This document shows, in pieces, positions 17,506 to 26,953 of a stretch of 32,000 nucleotides of DNA. Source of the DNA: Cylindrospermopsis raciborskii Cr2010 (GTDB lineage: Bacteria; Cyanobacteriota; Cyanobacteriia; Cyanobacteriales; Nostocaceae); assembly GCF_003367075.2 (NCBI RefSeq), contig NZ_CP065936.1:1770001-1802000 (forward strand), in the 5' to 3' direction. Every line of letters begins with the position of its first letter. Position 1 is the stretch's first letter. The position numbers were made by a program, and so were the translations under genes. Below the pieces are notes generated by a model. It saw only the letters and a list, made by a program, of their open reading frames with translations, made no database searches and was not told where the DNA came from.

Positions 17506-17838
17506 ATGTCAGATATGTATCCAGAAGCTCTAATCCATGTTGCAGAATATTTCAAAGTGTTGTCGGAGGTAAGTCGATTACAGGTTTTGTGCTGTTTGAA
17601 GACAGGAGGAAAAAATGTCACCCAGGTAATAGCAGAAACCGGTCTAGGTCAAGCGAATGTGTCTAAACACCTGAAGATTCTGACCCAAGCAGGTATTGTA
17701 AAAAGAAGACCTGAAGGGGTGATGGTGATTTATGAGATTGTGGATCCCATATTGTTTCAACTGTGCGATTTAGTGTGCGATCGCTTGCAGGTTAGATTAG
17801 AAGAGCAGACCAGGGAGTTACAGGATCTTAGATTGTAA
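17506..17838 (+). CDS. ArsR/SmtB-family transcriptional repressor, BigR/SqrR-like Cys arrangement
   Basis: HTH region NVTQVIAETGLGQANVSKHLKILTQAGIV. Cys29/Cys30 lie in helix alpha2 (RLQVLCCL) and Cys87/Cys91 in the C-terminal helix (FQLCDLVCD). There is no alpha3 CVC or alpha5 His/Asp metal site. Divergent from the PDO gene. Confidence 0.85.
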   Translation: MSDMYPEALIHVAEYFKVLSEVSRLQVLCCLKTGGKNVTQVIAETGLGQANVSKHLKILTQAGIVKRRPEGVMVIYEIVDPILFQLCDLVCDRLQVRLEEQTRELQDLRL

Positions 17839-17864
17839 GAAACTCCCAGATACTTCGAGTTTTA

Positions 17865-19151
17865 CTAGCTGAATTGCTCCTCCGTATCCAAATTAAATAA
17901 CATTTGTAAAGTTCGCATACAGTTACGTCGGGCTTCTATGTCCTGTTGTGATCGTAATTGTACCATAGGGTCATGTAATATTTTATTAACTATTCCCCTA
18001 GTCAGGGCTTCAATTACTTCCTGATGTTTTTCGCCAAATTCCGAACCCAATCGGGAAAGAGCCTTTTGTAATTCTTGTTCGCGGATGTGTTCGATTTTAT
18101 TTCTCAAAGAACTGATAGTAGAGACAGTTTCCAAACTGCGCCACCAGATATCAAAAGACTCCACCTCTTCGTCCAAGATTTTTTCAGCTTCTTGGGCCAT
18201 TTTGCGACGACTTTCGTAGTTTTGAGCTACCACTGCTTTTAAGTCATCCACATTAAAAACCTGGACATTATTTAAACAATTTACATCCGAGTCCACATTG
18301 CGAGGTACGGAGATATCAAACAACATGAGAGAATGGTTAGGGTCTAAAACCATTTCTAATTTAGAGCGGTTGATAATTGGTTCTGTGGAGGAAGTGCTAG
18401 TAAAGACTAAATCACTATGAGAAATAACAGACATCATTTCTGGGAGGAGATGAATGTGAATAGTCACCTCTGGGAACTGTTTAGCCAGTTCTGCTGCTCG
18501 TTCTTGGGAGCGATTAACAATACTAATATGGGATGCGCCCTTAGAAATCAAATGTTGTACCAGTAGACGAGACATTTTTCCCGCACCCACAATTAGTACC
18601 CGGTATAGTTCTAAATTTTCTACCTTAATTTGTGCCAACTCTACAGCTGCTGAACTAATAGAGACCGCTCCAGTGCCAATGCTCGTTTCAGAACGAACTC
18701 TTTTACCAGCAGTTAAAGCTTGTTTAAATAAACGATTTAAAATTGTTTTTACACCATTGTATTGCTGTCCCAGTTTGTGAGTATTTTTCACCTGAGCCAG
18801 AATTTGTCCTTCTCCAAGAACTAGACTATCCAAACCAGCAGCAACTCGCAAGATATGAGTCACAGCATCGGTATGGATAAGAGTAAACAGATGTTGACGT
18901 AAAGAACCTACAGGTAGTTTGCTATGCTCAGCGAGAAACTGTGTCACTTCCCGAATTCCCTGGGGGATATCGCTGCTCACAACATAAATTTCCAACCGGT
19001 TACAGGTACTGAGGATAGCCACCTCATCAATGTGAGGATAGTTGAGCAAGTGAGCGATCGCACTTTCGGTTTGGGGTTCAGGAATACTTAATTTTTCTCT
19101 TACTTCAACTGGGGCTGTTTTGTGACTTAACCCCACTACTGCAATATTCAT
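17865..19151 (-). CDS. hemA: Glutamyl-tRNA reductase
   Basis: [22 protein letters not shown]..., [21 protein letters not shown] and VGAGKMS. I prefer the ATG at 19151, because the track start at 19241 adds 30 residues. Confidence 0.95.
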   Translation of the reverse strand: MNIAVVGLSHKTAPVEVREKLSIPEPQTESAIAHLLNYPHIDEVAILSTCNRLEIYVVSSDIPQGIREVTQFLAEHSKLPVGSLRQHLFTLIHTDAVTHILRVAAGLDSLVLGEGQILAQVKNTHKLGQQYNGVKTILNRLFKQALTAGKRVRSETSIGTGAVSISSAAVELAQIKVENLELYRVLIVGAGKMSRLLVQHLISKGASHISIVNRSQERAAELAKQFPEVTIHIHLLPEMMSVISHSDLVFTSTSSTEPIINRSKLEMVLDPNHSLMLFDISVPRNVDSDVNCLNNVQVFNVDDLKAVVAQNYESRRKMAQEAEKILDEEVESFDIWWRSLETVSTISSLRNKIEHIREQELQKALSRLGSEFGEKHQEVIEALTRGIVNKILHDPMVQLRSQQDIEARRNCMRTLQMLFNLDTEEQFS

Positions 19152-19269
19152 CTTTAATTTCTTATGACTGGAATAACGCTCTTGCTGTTTTTCGTAGTTA
19201 TCATGGCAAAGGGTAACAGGTAATGGTATACCATTTGCCAATTACCCTTTACCAGTTAGTTAACAAAAA

Positions 19270-20307
19270 TTAGTGCAGTTGCACAACTTTAGGTTGTTCA
19301 AACATGTGAATAGTATCTACAAAGCGAGCAGTCTTAGACTGGGTAGAGATGACCAAACTTTGAGTTCTTGCACCACCCTGGAAGAACCGCACACCTTGCA
19401 TCAAATTACCACTAGTAATACCACAACCTGCAAACAAGACGGTTTGACCAGATGCCAATTCATGAGCATCATAAACTTTATCTGGTTCATTAATACCCAT
19501 AGAAGAAAGTCGTTCTAAATTAGACTCCTTGCTTTCGCCAATCAAACCAGTTTTAACCACTGCGGGGTCGTAAATTAACTGACCTTGGAAGTGACCACCT
19601 AGGGCGCGCATAGCAGCAGCAGAAATTACACCTTCAGGAGCTGCACCAATACCCATGAGAGCGTGGATATTAGTACCAGAAAAACCGCAAGACAAAGCTG
19701 CACCCACATCACCATCAGAGATCAATTGAACTCTTGCACCAGCTTCACGGATCTCCTTAATTAAATCATTGTGGCGCTCGCGCTTCATAACAACGATCAC
19801 CAGTTCCTCAATAGATCGGCCTAAGCATTCCGACAGAATTTTGAGGTTTTCAGTAGCTGACTTGTTGATATCAACCTTACCCTTAGCTGCTGGGGGTGCG
19901 GCCAACTTCTTCATATAGAAGTCAGGAGCAGCAAAAAGACCACCTCGTTCAGAAATTGCTAAAACTGCCATGGAACCTGGTTGTCCATAAGCTACCAGAT
20001 TAGTACCTTCACAAGGGTCAACAGCAATATCAATTTCCATTAACTCATCAGGACTACAGGAGATAGCATTGTCTGGGTTAGCACAAATTCCCACTTCTTC
20101 ACCGATGTAAAGCATGGGCGCGTCATCACGTTCTCCTTCACCAATTACAATGCGACCGCGCATATAGATTTTATTCATCCGTTTGCGCATAGCTTCTACT
20201 GCTACCTGGTCAGCAGTGTTCTTTTCACCCTTACCCATCCACTTTGCAGAGGCGATCGCAGCTTGTTCGACAACCTCAATAATTTCTAAACCAATTGTAT
20301 TTTCCAC
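19270..20307 (-). CDS. glpX: Class II (GlpX-type) fructose-1,6-/sedoheptulose-1,7-bisphosphatase
   Basis: Full-length match to the cyanobacterial F/SBPase pattern ([32 protein letters not shown]..., [22 protein letters not shown]). Confidence 0.95.
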   Translation of the reverse strand: MENTIGLEIIEVVEQAAIASAKWMGKGEKNTADQVAVEAMRKRMNKIYMRGRIVIGEGERDDAPMLYIGEEVGICANPDNAISCSPDELMEIDIAVDPCEGTNLVAYGQPGSMAVLAISERGGLFAAPDFYMKKLAAPPAAKGKVDINKSATENLKILSECLGRSIEELVIVVMKRERHNDLIKEIREAGARVQLISDGDVGAALSCGFSGTNIHALMGIGAAPEGVISAAAMRALGGHFQGQLIYDPAVVKTGLIGESKESNLERLSSMGINEPDKVYDAHELASGQTVLFAGCGITSGNLMQGVRFFQGGARTQSLVISTQSKTARFVDTIHMFEQPKVVQLH

Positions 20308-20502
20308 AGGTCTACCCTCTTAATTGCTGATCTTTAGCGACTTTTGCTATGGCTATTTCAGTCTATAAGTCTACCAAAGTCCGGTACTTCAATGAGAAAT
20401 ACTTTGGATAATCAGTTTGTTAAGTTTTACAACCATGAGAAGACACGGGTCTATTTTCCCAAGCACAAAGGTAGAATTTTGTCAACTAAACAAGGATAAG
20501 AA

Positions 20503-21027
20503 GTGGAAAGCAAAAATATCGAATCCGACTACCTATCACTGATCAAGTATCATCAGGGATGGATGAGTGAAGCTCTTAAACTAGCACAGATTGCGGGTGA
20601 TGCGGGAGAAGTACCTGTGGGGTGTGTAATTGTGAATCCCCAGGGTAATTTAATTGGTCAGGGGGAAAACCGCAAACAACGAGATCAAGATCCTACCGCC
20701 CATGCAGAAATTATTGCCATTCGTTCAGCAGCAAGAACCTTACAAAATTGGCACTTAGATCAATGTACACTTTATGTCACCCTAGAGCCATGTCCTATGT
20801 GCGCTGGTGCTATAATTCACGCACGGTTACAGACTTTAGTCTACGCAGTGGACGATCCTAAAACTGGTGCCATTCGTACTGTTATTAACATCCCTGGTAG
20901 TCCTGCATCCAATCACCGTTTACAAGTTATTGGAGGTATGCTGGAATCAGCTTCCCGTGAAAAATTACAGTCTTGGTTTGTGGGTCAAAGATACCAAAAA
21001 AATCAAAAATCTGCTTATGAATCATAG
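20503..21027 (+). CDS. tadA: tRNA adenosine(34) deaminase
   Basis: CDA zinc motifs HAEIIAIR and PCPMCAGA. The start is uncertain: GTG at 20503 or ATG at 20563. Confidence 0.9.
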   Translation: MESKNIESDYLSLIKYHQGWMSEALKLAQIAGDAGEVPVGCVIVNPQGNLIGQGENRKQRDQDPTAHAEIIAIRSAARTLQNWHLDQCTLYVTLEPCPMCAGAIIHARLQTLVYAVDDPKTGAIRTVINIPGSPASNHRLQVIGGMLESASREKLQSWFVGQRYQKNQKSAYES

Positions 21028-21128
21028 ACACAAGGTAAAACTGTCCAGATACTAAAACAAAAATTACCCAAGAAAATTTACGGTAGAAACAATCCAGTTT
21101 GCGTCGCATCCGCTAACTACTAACCACC

Positions 21129-21896
21129 ATGAAGGAATCTCACTCTGCTTCTACCAGTTTCGCGGGTCAGTCTCCAAATATTTGCTTAGATCCTCCCTTT
21201 TCCCACACTAGGTCATGGATTTCTCCCTGGTTAACTCCCTTGGCCTATTGGTTAGGATATAATTTGGTTATACCCTCGTTTTTTGGTCGTATTGATGTTG
21301 CGGGTCAACAACATATTCCCATCAAAGGTCCAGTAATTCTAGCACCTACACACCGTTCTCGCTGGGATCCCCTGCTTTTAGCTTATGCTGCGGGGCGTTA
21401 TATTACCGGACGGGATCTGAGATTTATGGTGATGAGTAGTGAATGTCGAGGGATACAAGGTTGGTTTATTCTCAGTATGGGGGGTTTTGCTGTCAATCTT
21501 CAACGTCCTGGGATTAGATCTCTACGTCATGCTGTAGATTTAATGTTAGGGGGAGAAATGTTAGTTATTTATCCCGAGGGTGGAATTTTTCGAGATGGTA
21601 AGATTCATCCCTTAAAATCCGGTATAGCTCGTTTGTCTATAAATGCTCAATCTCTAGATCCTAATTTAGACATCAAGATTATACCTGTTGCTATTAATTA
21701 CGATCGACCCTACCCTAGTTGGGGAACAAAAGTCAAAATTCGTATTGGTGAACCAGTTAAAGTTACGGATTATATACATGGTTGTTTAAAACAGAATGCT
21801 AAGTATTTAACTAGGGATTTAAGAAGTAAATTACAAGAAGTTGCTGATTCCCAACCAGATTTCTCTTTAAGAGCTAATTGTTTAACCAACTCCTAA
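21129..21896 (+). CDS. Lysophospholipid (1-acyl-sn-glycerol-3-phosphate) acyltransferase family protein
   Basis: Acyltransferase block I HRSRWD and block III IYPEGG, with an N-terminal hydrophobic segment. Confidence 0.8.
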   Translation: MKESHSASTSFAGQSPNICLDPPFSHTRSWISPWLTPLAYWLGYNLVIPSFFGRIDVAGQQHIPIKGPVILAPTHRSRWDPLLLAYAAGRYITGRDLRFMVMSSECRGIQGWFILSMGGFAVNLQRPGIRSLRHAVDLMLGGEMLVIYPEGGIFRDGKIHPLKSGIARLSINAQSLDPNLDIKIIPVAINYDRPYPSWGTKVKIRIGEPVKVTDYIHGCLKQNAKYLTRDLRSKLQEVADSQPDFSLRANCLTNS

Positions 21897-23977
21897 TCCC
21901 CATAAGCAATCAGTAATTCCCAACCATTGAGTTTACCCATATCCTGGGGAGAACAGTCAACAACATGTAACTGCCAATTTCCCTTAGCTGATGAATTTAG
22001 CAGCTGTTTGAGAACCGGTTGGGAACTAAGTGTATAGGTTTTTTCTAAACGGGTTTGTCTTCCTAGAGTGCGACTTTGCAATAACAAAGATTGACTGTTG
22101 GGGGAAATCAAATAAATTTCTAGATCTCCCAAAAAATCATGGCTAATATTCACGGCAATTCTAATATCATTAATAATAATATTTTGAGGAACCACAATTG
22201 TAGTTCTCACTCCTTGTTTTTGCCCATCGGGAATAGTAACCTGAGTTTTATTTTCCCCCCTGATCAATTTATTGGCATTATTGGCAACCAATCCATTCCC
22301 TCTTAATTTTTGGGCTGCTCTTACTGCTTTAGCTGCATTCACCTTACCATAACCAAACCACAAGCAATGACCATTGCTATTATAAGTACCTCCCTGCAAA
22401 CCCAATTGGGGATCTGGTTGTGGATCAACAATTTTATCAGTGGTTTCTTGTAAAATACGGTTGACTTGTTGAGCGGTTAAATCCGGATTGGCTGATAACA
22501 TTAATGCTGCTAATCCAGCAACCACAGGGGTAGCACTGGAAGTTCCACCAAAATTATTAGTGAAGTTTCCAGGATTGTAACCCGCTTTCCCTATTTGATC
22601 TGTTGTCAACATTCCCAGGCCATCTATAGTTGTTGAAATAGTCGGTTGGGTGTAAACAAAACCACTTTCTTGAAACCACATTCCCGGAGGAGCATTATTA
22701 CTAGGAGCGCAAACAGAAATATTCTCTCCCCAATTGCTGTAGGCGGCTTTTTTATTTAAACTTGTAGATGCAGAAACGGCAATTACATCGGGATGAATAG
22801 CAAAACCACTTAACCACTTGGTTTTGCCTTTTAACAGATCCTTAGGCCAATTCTTCTCGTCTATTGTACCACTAATGGGACGGTTAGCATTACCTGCTGC
22901 AAAAAGAATTACACATCCTTTTCCATTCCGTCCCTGGGTTGCAGCACGGGTAATTGCTGCTTTTTGGCGTAAAGATAAGGGAAAATAAACCGCAGATGCT
23001 CCCCAGCTACAGGAGATAACACTGGCATTGTATTTTAATGCCCAGTTGAATATGTCCTCAATTGATTCATCATCCAAATATCCAGTTGTACGAATTGGCA
23101 TGAGGGCACAACCGGGGGCCACACCAACAATACCCTGTCCATTTTCTTCAGCAACTGCTAGTCCAGCACAAGCAGTACCATGACTAGTTTCTTGCTCTCC
23201 TGGTAGGGGTAAAAAGTCTTTTTCTTTCAAATCTCTGGGAGCAACAATTTTACCCACTCCTTGTAAATCTGGGTGGTTCAAATCAAAGGAGTCATCCACA
23301 ACTGCGACTACCACTGAACGTATCCCACGAGTTATATCCCAAGCTTGCTCTACACAAATGTGTGAACTGATCGCCAGTTGATTTCCACCATTGTGATTGA
23401 GATACCACTGTTGAGGATAGAGGGAATCGCTGGGTCTGTAATGGGTTTCTTGTTGAATAAAAACGTTTGGTTCAGCTGCTAAGACTTCTGGTAGGGTTTG
23501 TAGTTGGTTGGCAATTTTGAGAGGATTATGTGGGGACTCTTTGCTGACTAAAAATATAAAGGTATTGGGTAAATCAGCTATGGGTTTTTCTTCAGTTAGA
23601 TTAAGTGAAGAGGTTATAATAGTAATCTTATTAGTGTCTACCCAAGCGGCAAATTGAATTGTTATCTGATCACTTAAATAGACATAGCTGCTAGGGTTAT
23701 CCTGTAATTGATAAACATGACTGGCAAAAACCACTCTTTGATCAGATCTAGCTTGGGACATAGCCAATTCTATCTGATTCGGTGCAACAGTGAACAATTC
23801 CAACTTCGCTCTGGGAATAGTACGCTGCCATTTTCCCCAGGAGATCCTGGATAATTCCTCTTTGCTTAGGTCAGCATGGAAACGAAGGGTAAAACGTTCC
23901 GTGGATTTTATGAGAATTAACTCTTCTCCTCCACGTTGTAAAACTACTGGTTGGTTGTTGATCATATTCTTGATCAT
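21893..23977 (-). CDS. S8 (subtilisin/kexin-like) serine peptidase with a C-terminal proprotein-convertase P-domain
   Basis: Catalytic triad contexts VVAVVDDSFD (Asp), HGTACAG (His) and GGTSSATPVVAG (Ser). The C-terminal P-domain pattern is ISHDFLGDLEIYLISPNSQSLLL...GNWQLHVVD...GKLNGWELLI. No N-terminal signal peptide is evident. Confidence 0.9.
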   Translation of the reverse strand: MIKNMINNQPVVLQRGGEELILIKSTERFTLRFHADLSKEELSRISWGKWQRTIPRAKLELFTVAPNQIELAMSQARSDQRVVFASHVYQLQDNPSSYVYLSDQITIQFAAWVDTNKITIITSSLNLTEEKPIADLPNTFIFLVSKESPHNPLKIANQLQTLPEVLAAEPNVFIQQETHYRPSDSLYPQQWYLNHNGGNQLAISSHICVEQAWDITRGIRSVVVAVVDDSFDLNHPDLQGVGKIVAPRDLKEKDFLPLPGEQETSHGTACAGLAVAEENGQGIVGVAPGCALMPIRTTGYLDDESIEDIFNWALKYNASVISCSWGASAVYFPLSLRQKAAITRAATQGRNGKGCVILFAAGNANRPISGTIDEKNWPKDLLKGKTKWLSGFAIHPDVIAVSASTSLNKKAAYSNWGENISVCAPSNNAPPGMWFQESGFVYTQPTISTTIDGLGMLTTDQIGKAGYNPGNFTNNFGGTSSATPVVAGLAALMLSANPDLTAQQVNRILQETTDKIVDPQPDPQLGLQGGTYNSNGHCLWFGYGKVNAAKAVRAAQKLRGNGLVANNANKLIRGENKTQVTIPDGQKQGVRTTIVVPQNIIINDIRIAVNISHDFLGDLEIYLISPNSQSLLLQSRTLGRQTRLEKTYTLSSQPVLKQLLNSSAKGNWQLHVVDCSPQDMGKLNGWELLIAYGD

Positions 23978-24042
23978 TAAATATTTTTGATAAAGATACT
24001 GGAAACTATGCTTAACTTAGTGTGGTGGTCACTCTAGTATAT

Positions 24043-24612
24043 ATGAATCTAAAAACTATTTACTTATTGCCCATAATATTTTGTAGTCTGTCCTTACCCG
24101 CTCAATCTCAGGTAGTCCAGTCACAAAATAAACCAGTACAGACTAAACCTAATGATAAGCAACCCAGTCCAACCCCAAGCAAGAGTGAAAATACCAGTCT
24201 ACTAAGTATTACAGGAGGCGATCGCCTGATGAAGGAGGGACAGGAAGCGGTGTCTGGCAAAAACTATACCCTAGCGGTGAAAAAACTCCAGGAAGCTCGT
24301 CAAATATATAATCAGCTATCTACTTTTTACCAAGATTTAAATGCCAGTTTTTCCGGGATTGACTTTAGCATCTCTGATTCCCACCGCAAAAAGGCCCTAG
24401 AAACAGCCCAAAAACGAGATGAAGCAACTTATCAGTTAGCATTGGTACATCGTTCATTAAACCAACCTGATTTGGCCATACCTCTTTTAATTCAAGTCAT
24501 TAAGAGTCAAAACCCTACCTGGGAACTAGGCAAAAAGGCTTATCAACAACTGTGGGAACTAGGTTTTGTCGACACACCTTATCCTGGAAAGACGGACAAT
24601 CCAGGAAAGTAG
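24043..24612 (+). CDS. Hypothetical secreted/periplasmic protein
   Basis: [23 protein letters not shown] signal-like N-terminus, a low-complexity Q/P/K-rich linker, then a helical region. No recognisable family. I prefer the ATG at 24043. Confidence 0.5.
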   Translation: MNLKTIYLLPIIFCSLSLPAQSQVVQSQNKPVQTKPNDKQPSPTPSKSENTSLLSITGGDRLMKEGQEAVSGKNYTLAVKKLQEARQIYNQLSTFYQDLNASFSGIDFSISDSHRKKALETAQKRDEATYQLALVHRSLNQPDLAIPLLIQVIKSQNPTWELGKKAYQQLWELGFVDTPYPGKTDNPGK

Positions 24613-24668
24613 CAGATTCTGGAATAACTGATAATAATTTAAAGAAGGATGTTTTTTCAGGAATAACA

Positions 24669-24899
24669 ATGATAACTCCCCAACAGGTTGAACAAATGAT
24701 TAAAGGAGAACTACCGGATGCACAAGTGCAAGTGCAAGACCTAACCGGTGGTGGAGACCACTATCAAGTAACAGTGGTTTCATCCCAGTTTGCGGGTAAA
24801 GGACTTGTACAACAACATCGGATAGTTTATGATGCTTTAAAACAAGCTATGTCAACCGAGGCGATTCACGCTTTGGCTTTGAAAACATCTGCTCCCTAG
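24669..24899 (+). CDS. bolA: BolA-family protein
   Basis: [57 protein letters not shown]....IHALALKT is the typical BolA pattern. I prefer the ATG at 24669, because the track ORF extension overlaps the upstream gene. Confidence 0.85.
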   Translation: MITPQQVEQMIKGELPDAQVQVQDLTGGGDHYQVTVVSSQFAGKGLVQQHRIVYDALKQAMSTEAIHALALKTSAP

Positions 24900-24934
24900 A
24901 CTATTGACAATTAACACAACAAGGAATTAAAACC

Positions 24935-25270
24935 ATGACAGTAGAAAACCCAACAGAAATTACAGCAACAATTGATAAATTAGTCAAAGAAAACAAAATA
25001 ATGGTTTTCATGAAAGGAACTAAATTAATGCCTCAATGTGGTTTCTCTAATAATGTTGTACAAATTCTCAACACTTTAGGAGTCCCCTTTGAGACCTTTG
25101 ATGTTCTTTCTGACTATAACGTTCGTCAAGGTATTAAGGAATATTCAAACTGGCCCACAATTCCCCAGGTTTACATTAATGGGGAATTTGTTGGTGGGTC
25201 TGATATTTTGATTGAACTATATCAAAAAGGTGAATTACAGCAAAAAGTTGAAGTAGCATTAGCTTCTTAA
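24935..25270 (+). CDS. grxD: Monothiol (CGFS) glutaredoxin, Grx4/GrxD type
   Basis: [41 protein letters not shown]. Confidence 0.95.
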   Translation: MTVENPTEITATIDKLVKENKIMVFMKGTKLMPQCGFSNNVVQILNTLGVPFETFDVLSDYNVRQGIKEYSNWPTIPQVYINGEFVGGSDILIELYQKGELQQKVEVALAS

Positions 25271-25713
25271 ATATCCTCTTTAATCCCCCTTTTTAATCTA
25301 AGGGGGAACCCGTTGGCAAAGTTTTTATTGAGCCACCAAAAACAAATTACCAACATTGTAGATATCAATAACAGACCAGCTACAGCTCTAAAGGTAATTT
25401 GTGTGCCAAAAACTAGAGCTTCAACTGGTGCATTCGTCACATCTATACTAAAACTAAGATCAGCACTGGTAATAGTCGTAAAAGAGAATATGGCTCCCAC
25501 CAGGGGAACTCCTACCGTTTGTCCTAAAATCCTGGATAAGGATAACAAACCAGAAGCAATACCCAAGCTATGTGATTGAATCATCACAGGTAAAGCCAAA
25601 TTGACGATATAAACATCTAGGGCAAAAATGAACACCCCAATTCCAATACCTAGAACTGTTAACCACCTGTGGGGATTTTGAACTTCTTCTTGCTGGGTGT
25701 AAATCGCTTTCAT
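25267..25713 (-). pseudogene. Internally deleted remnant of an MFS (DHA2/EmrB-like) efflux transporter
   Basis: An N-terminal TM1 signature (RWLTVLGIGIGVFIFALDVYIVNLALPVMIQS) is joined directly to a late-TM region (GIASGLLSLSRILGQTVGVPLVGAIF...). At about 148 aa, the central TM segments of a 14-TM protein are absent. Confidence 0.55.
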
Positions 25714-25760
25714 ATTTTTGAGTGGGGTGTTTTTAAAAACCAAATTTTTTGTTTATTTAT

Positions 25761-26942
25761 TTAGGGTATGTCCAGGAGTTTTTCAGATCCTTGAATTTGA
25801 TAACGGTCAATAATACTTGGTAAATCCTCCTGAATATCTATGGGTGTACCTCTTTTGGCCATTTCTTTCACTGCTTGTAAGATTTTGCTGACTAAATCTT
25901 TATTTTGTGCCAAATCTTGTCTACCAATGTGAATTAAAGCCTGTTCTACAGCAGTAGATCCAGATTGCATTCCCAATGCTATACCACTTTTCATTCCTAA
26001 AGTTTGGGGATCTAAACTCTGATACAAACTCTCATCTTTTACCACTGCTTTTACGTGAACACCCGCATAATGGGTGAAGGCATTTTTACCAGTTATTGGT
26101 CGATTGGGAGGAATTACAATGTGGGCATATTTACTAACAAAATCATATAAATCTCGCAGAAAATGGAGTTGCCATTTTTTTGCTTCTCCCATGTCAACTA
26201 AGTTAACCAATAATTCTGCCAAGTCCACAATTCCCGCTCTTTCTCCCAATCCCATAACTGCTGTATCAATCATATCTACCCCCGCTCTATAAGCATCTAA
26301 AGCATTGGTTAGCGCTAGGCCCTTGTCATTATGACAATGTACTTCTATTTGCGGGTATAAACCTTGATTGGCTAGTTCTTCTTTCAAGGTTTTTACCTGC
26401 ACATAAATACTACGACTAGGATCAAAAGGTGTCGTATAACCTGTTGTATCAGCTATACTAACGATGTCCGCCCCCGCTTTAATCGCTGCAGTAGCTGCTT
26501 GAACAACATTTTCCATAGATGATCTAACTGTATCCTCCGGTGTGTATCTAATTAATAAATCGGGTTTTTGGGTTTTTGCATATTCAATTACTTCTACAAT
26601 CTTCTCTATTGCTGCTGATAAACAAATGTTATAGTCTTGTTTCAATCGCTTTTGCGAAACACTGAAAAACACCCCCAAAAAGTCAACTCCGCAATCAATA
26701 GCTTTTTTGACAGCATCTATTTTGCACAGCGAATGAGCACCAATTTTAGCTTTAAGACCCTCCTTAACTATTTGTTGAATAGCCCAAGCAATTTCATTAT
26801 CTACTGATGGATTACCCACCTCAATCACATCTACACCTATTTCATCTAATAACCGGGCAATTACTAACTTTTTTTCCGGAGAAAAATAAACCCCTGGTGT
26901 CTGCTCACCTTCTCTTAGCGTAGAATCCAGAATTTTAATCAT
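25761..26942 (-). CDS. Homocitrate synthase / 2-isopropylmalate synthase family enzyme (DRE-TIM metallolyase), short form without the LeuA regulatory domain
   Basis: ILDSTLREGEQTPGVYFS, IEVHCHNDKGLALTNAL, MGLGERAGI and FTHYAGVHV. 393 aa. Confidence 0.85.
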   Translation of the reverse strand: MIKILDSTLREGEQTPGVYFSPEKKLVIARLLDEIGVDVIEVGNPSVDNEIAWAIQQIVKEGLKAKIGAHSLCKIDAVKKAIDCGVDFLGVFFSVSQKRLKQDYNICLSAAIEKIVEVIEYAKTQKPDLLIRYTPEDTVRSSMENVVQAATAAIKAGADIVSIADTTGYTTPFDPSRSIYVQVKTLKEELANQGLYPQIEVHCHNDKGLALTNALDAYRAGVDMIDTAVMGLGERAGIVDLAELLVNLVDMGEAKKWQLHFLRDLYDFVSKYAHIVIPPNRPITGKNAFTHYAGVHVKAVVKDESLYQSLDPQTLGMKSGIALGMQSGSTAVEQALIHIGRQDLAQNKDLVSKILQAVKEMAKRGTPIDIQEDLPSIIDRYQIQGSEKLLDIP

Positions 26943-26953
26943 ATTATGTTTCT

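Noticed and set aside
12261-17838. Considered whether the sulfur locus is a horizontally acquired genomic island.
   Set aside because: It has no flanking tRNA, integrase or direct repeats. HIP1 occurs within it (17777) as in the core genes, and it is flanked by housekeeping genes at 8- and 26-nt distances. Without a composition calculation I cannot support an island call.
21893-23977. Considered the S8 protease as a cyanobactin (PatA/PatG-type) or lanthipeptide-processing protease.
   Set aside because: There are no precursor peptide, heterocyclase, prenyltransferase or DUF-type partner genes nearby. The P-domain architecture points to the kexin/PrcA-like class instead.
25761-26942. Considered calling the DRE-TIM enzyme NifV (nitrogenase homocitrate synthase) or LeuA.
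   Set aside because: There are no nif or leu neighbours. It lacks the LeuA C-terminal regulatory domain, and assignment to NifV versus AksA/CimA/HCS cannot be made without phylogeny, so it is left at family level.
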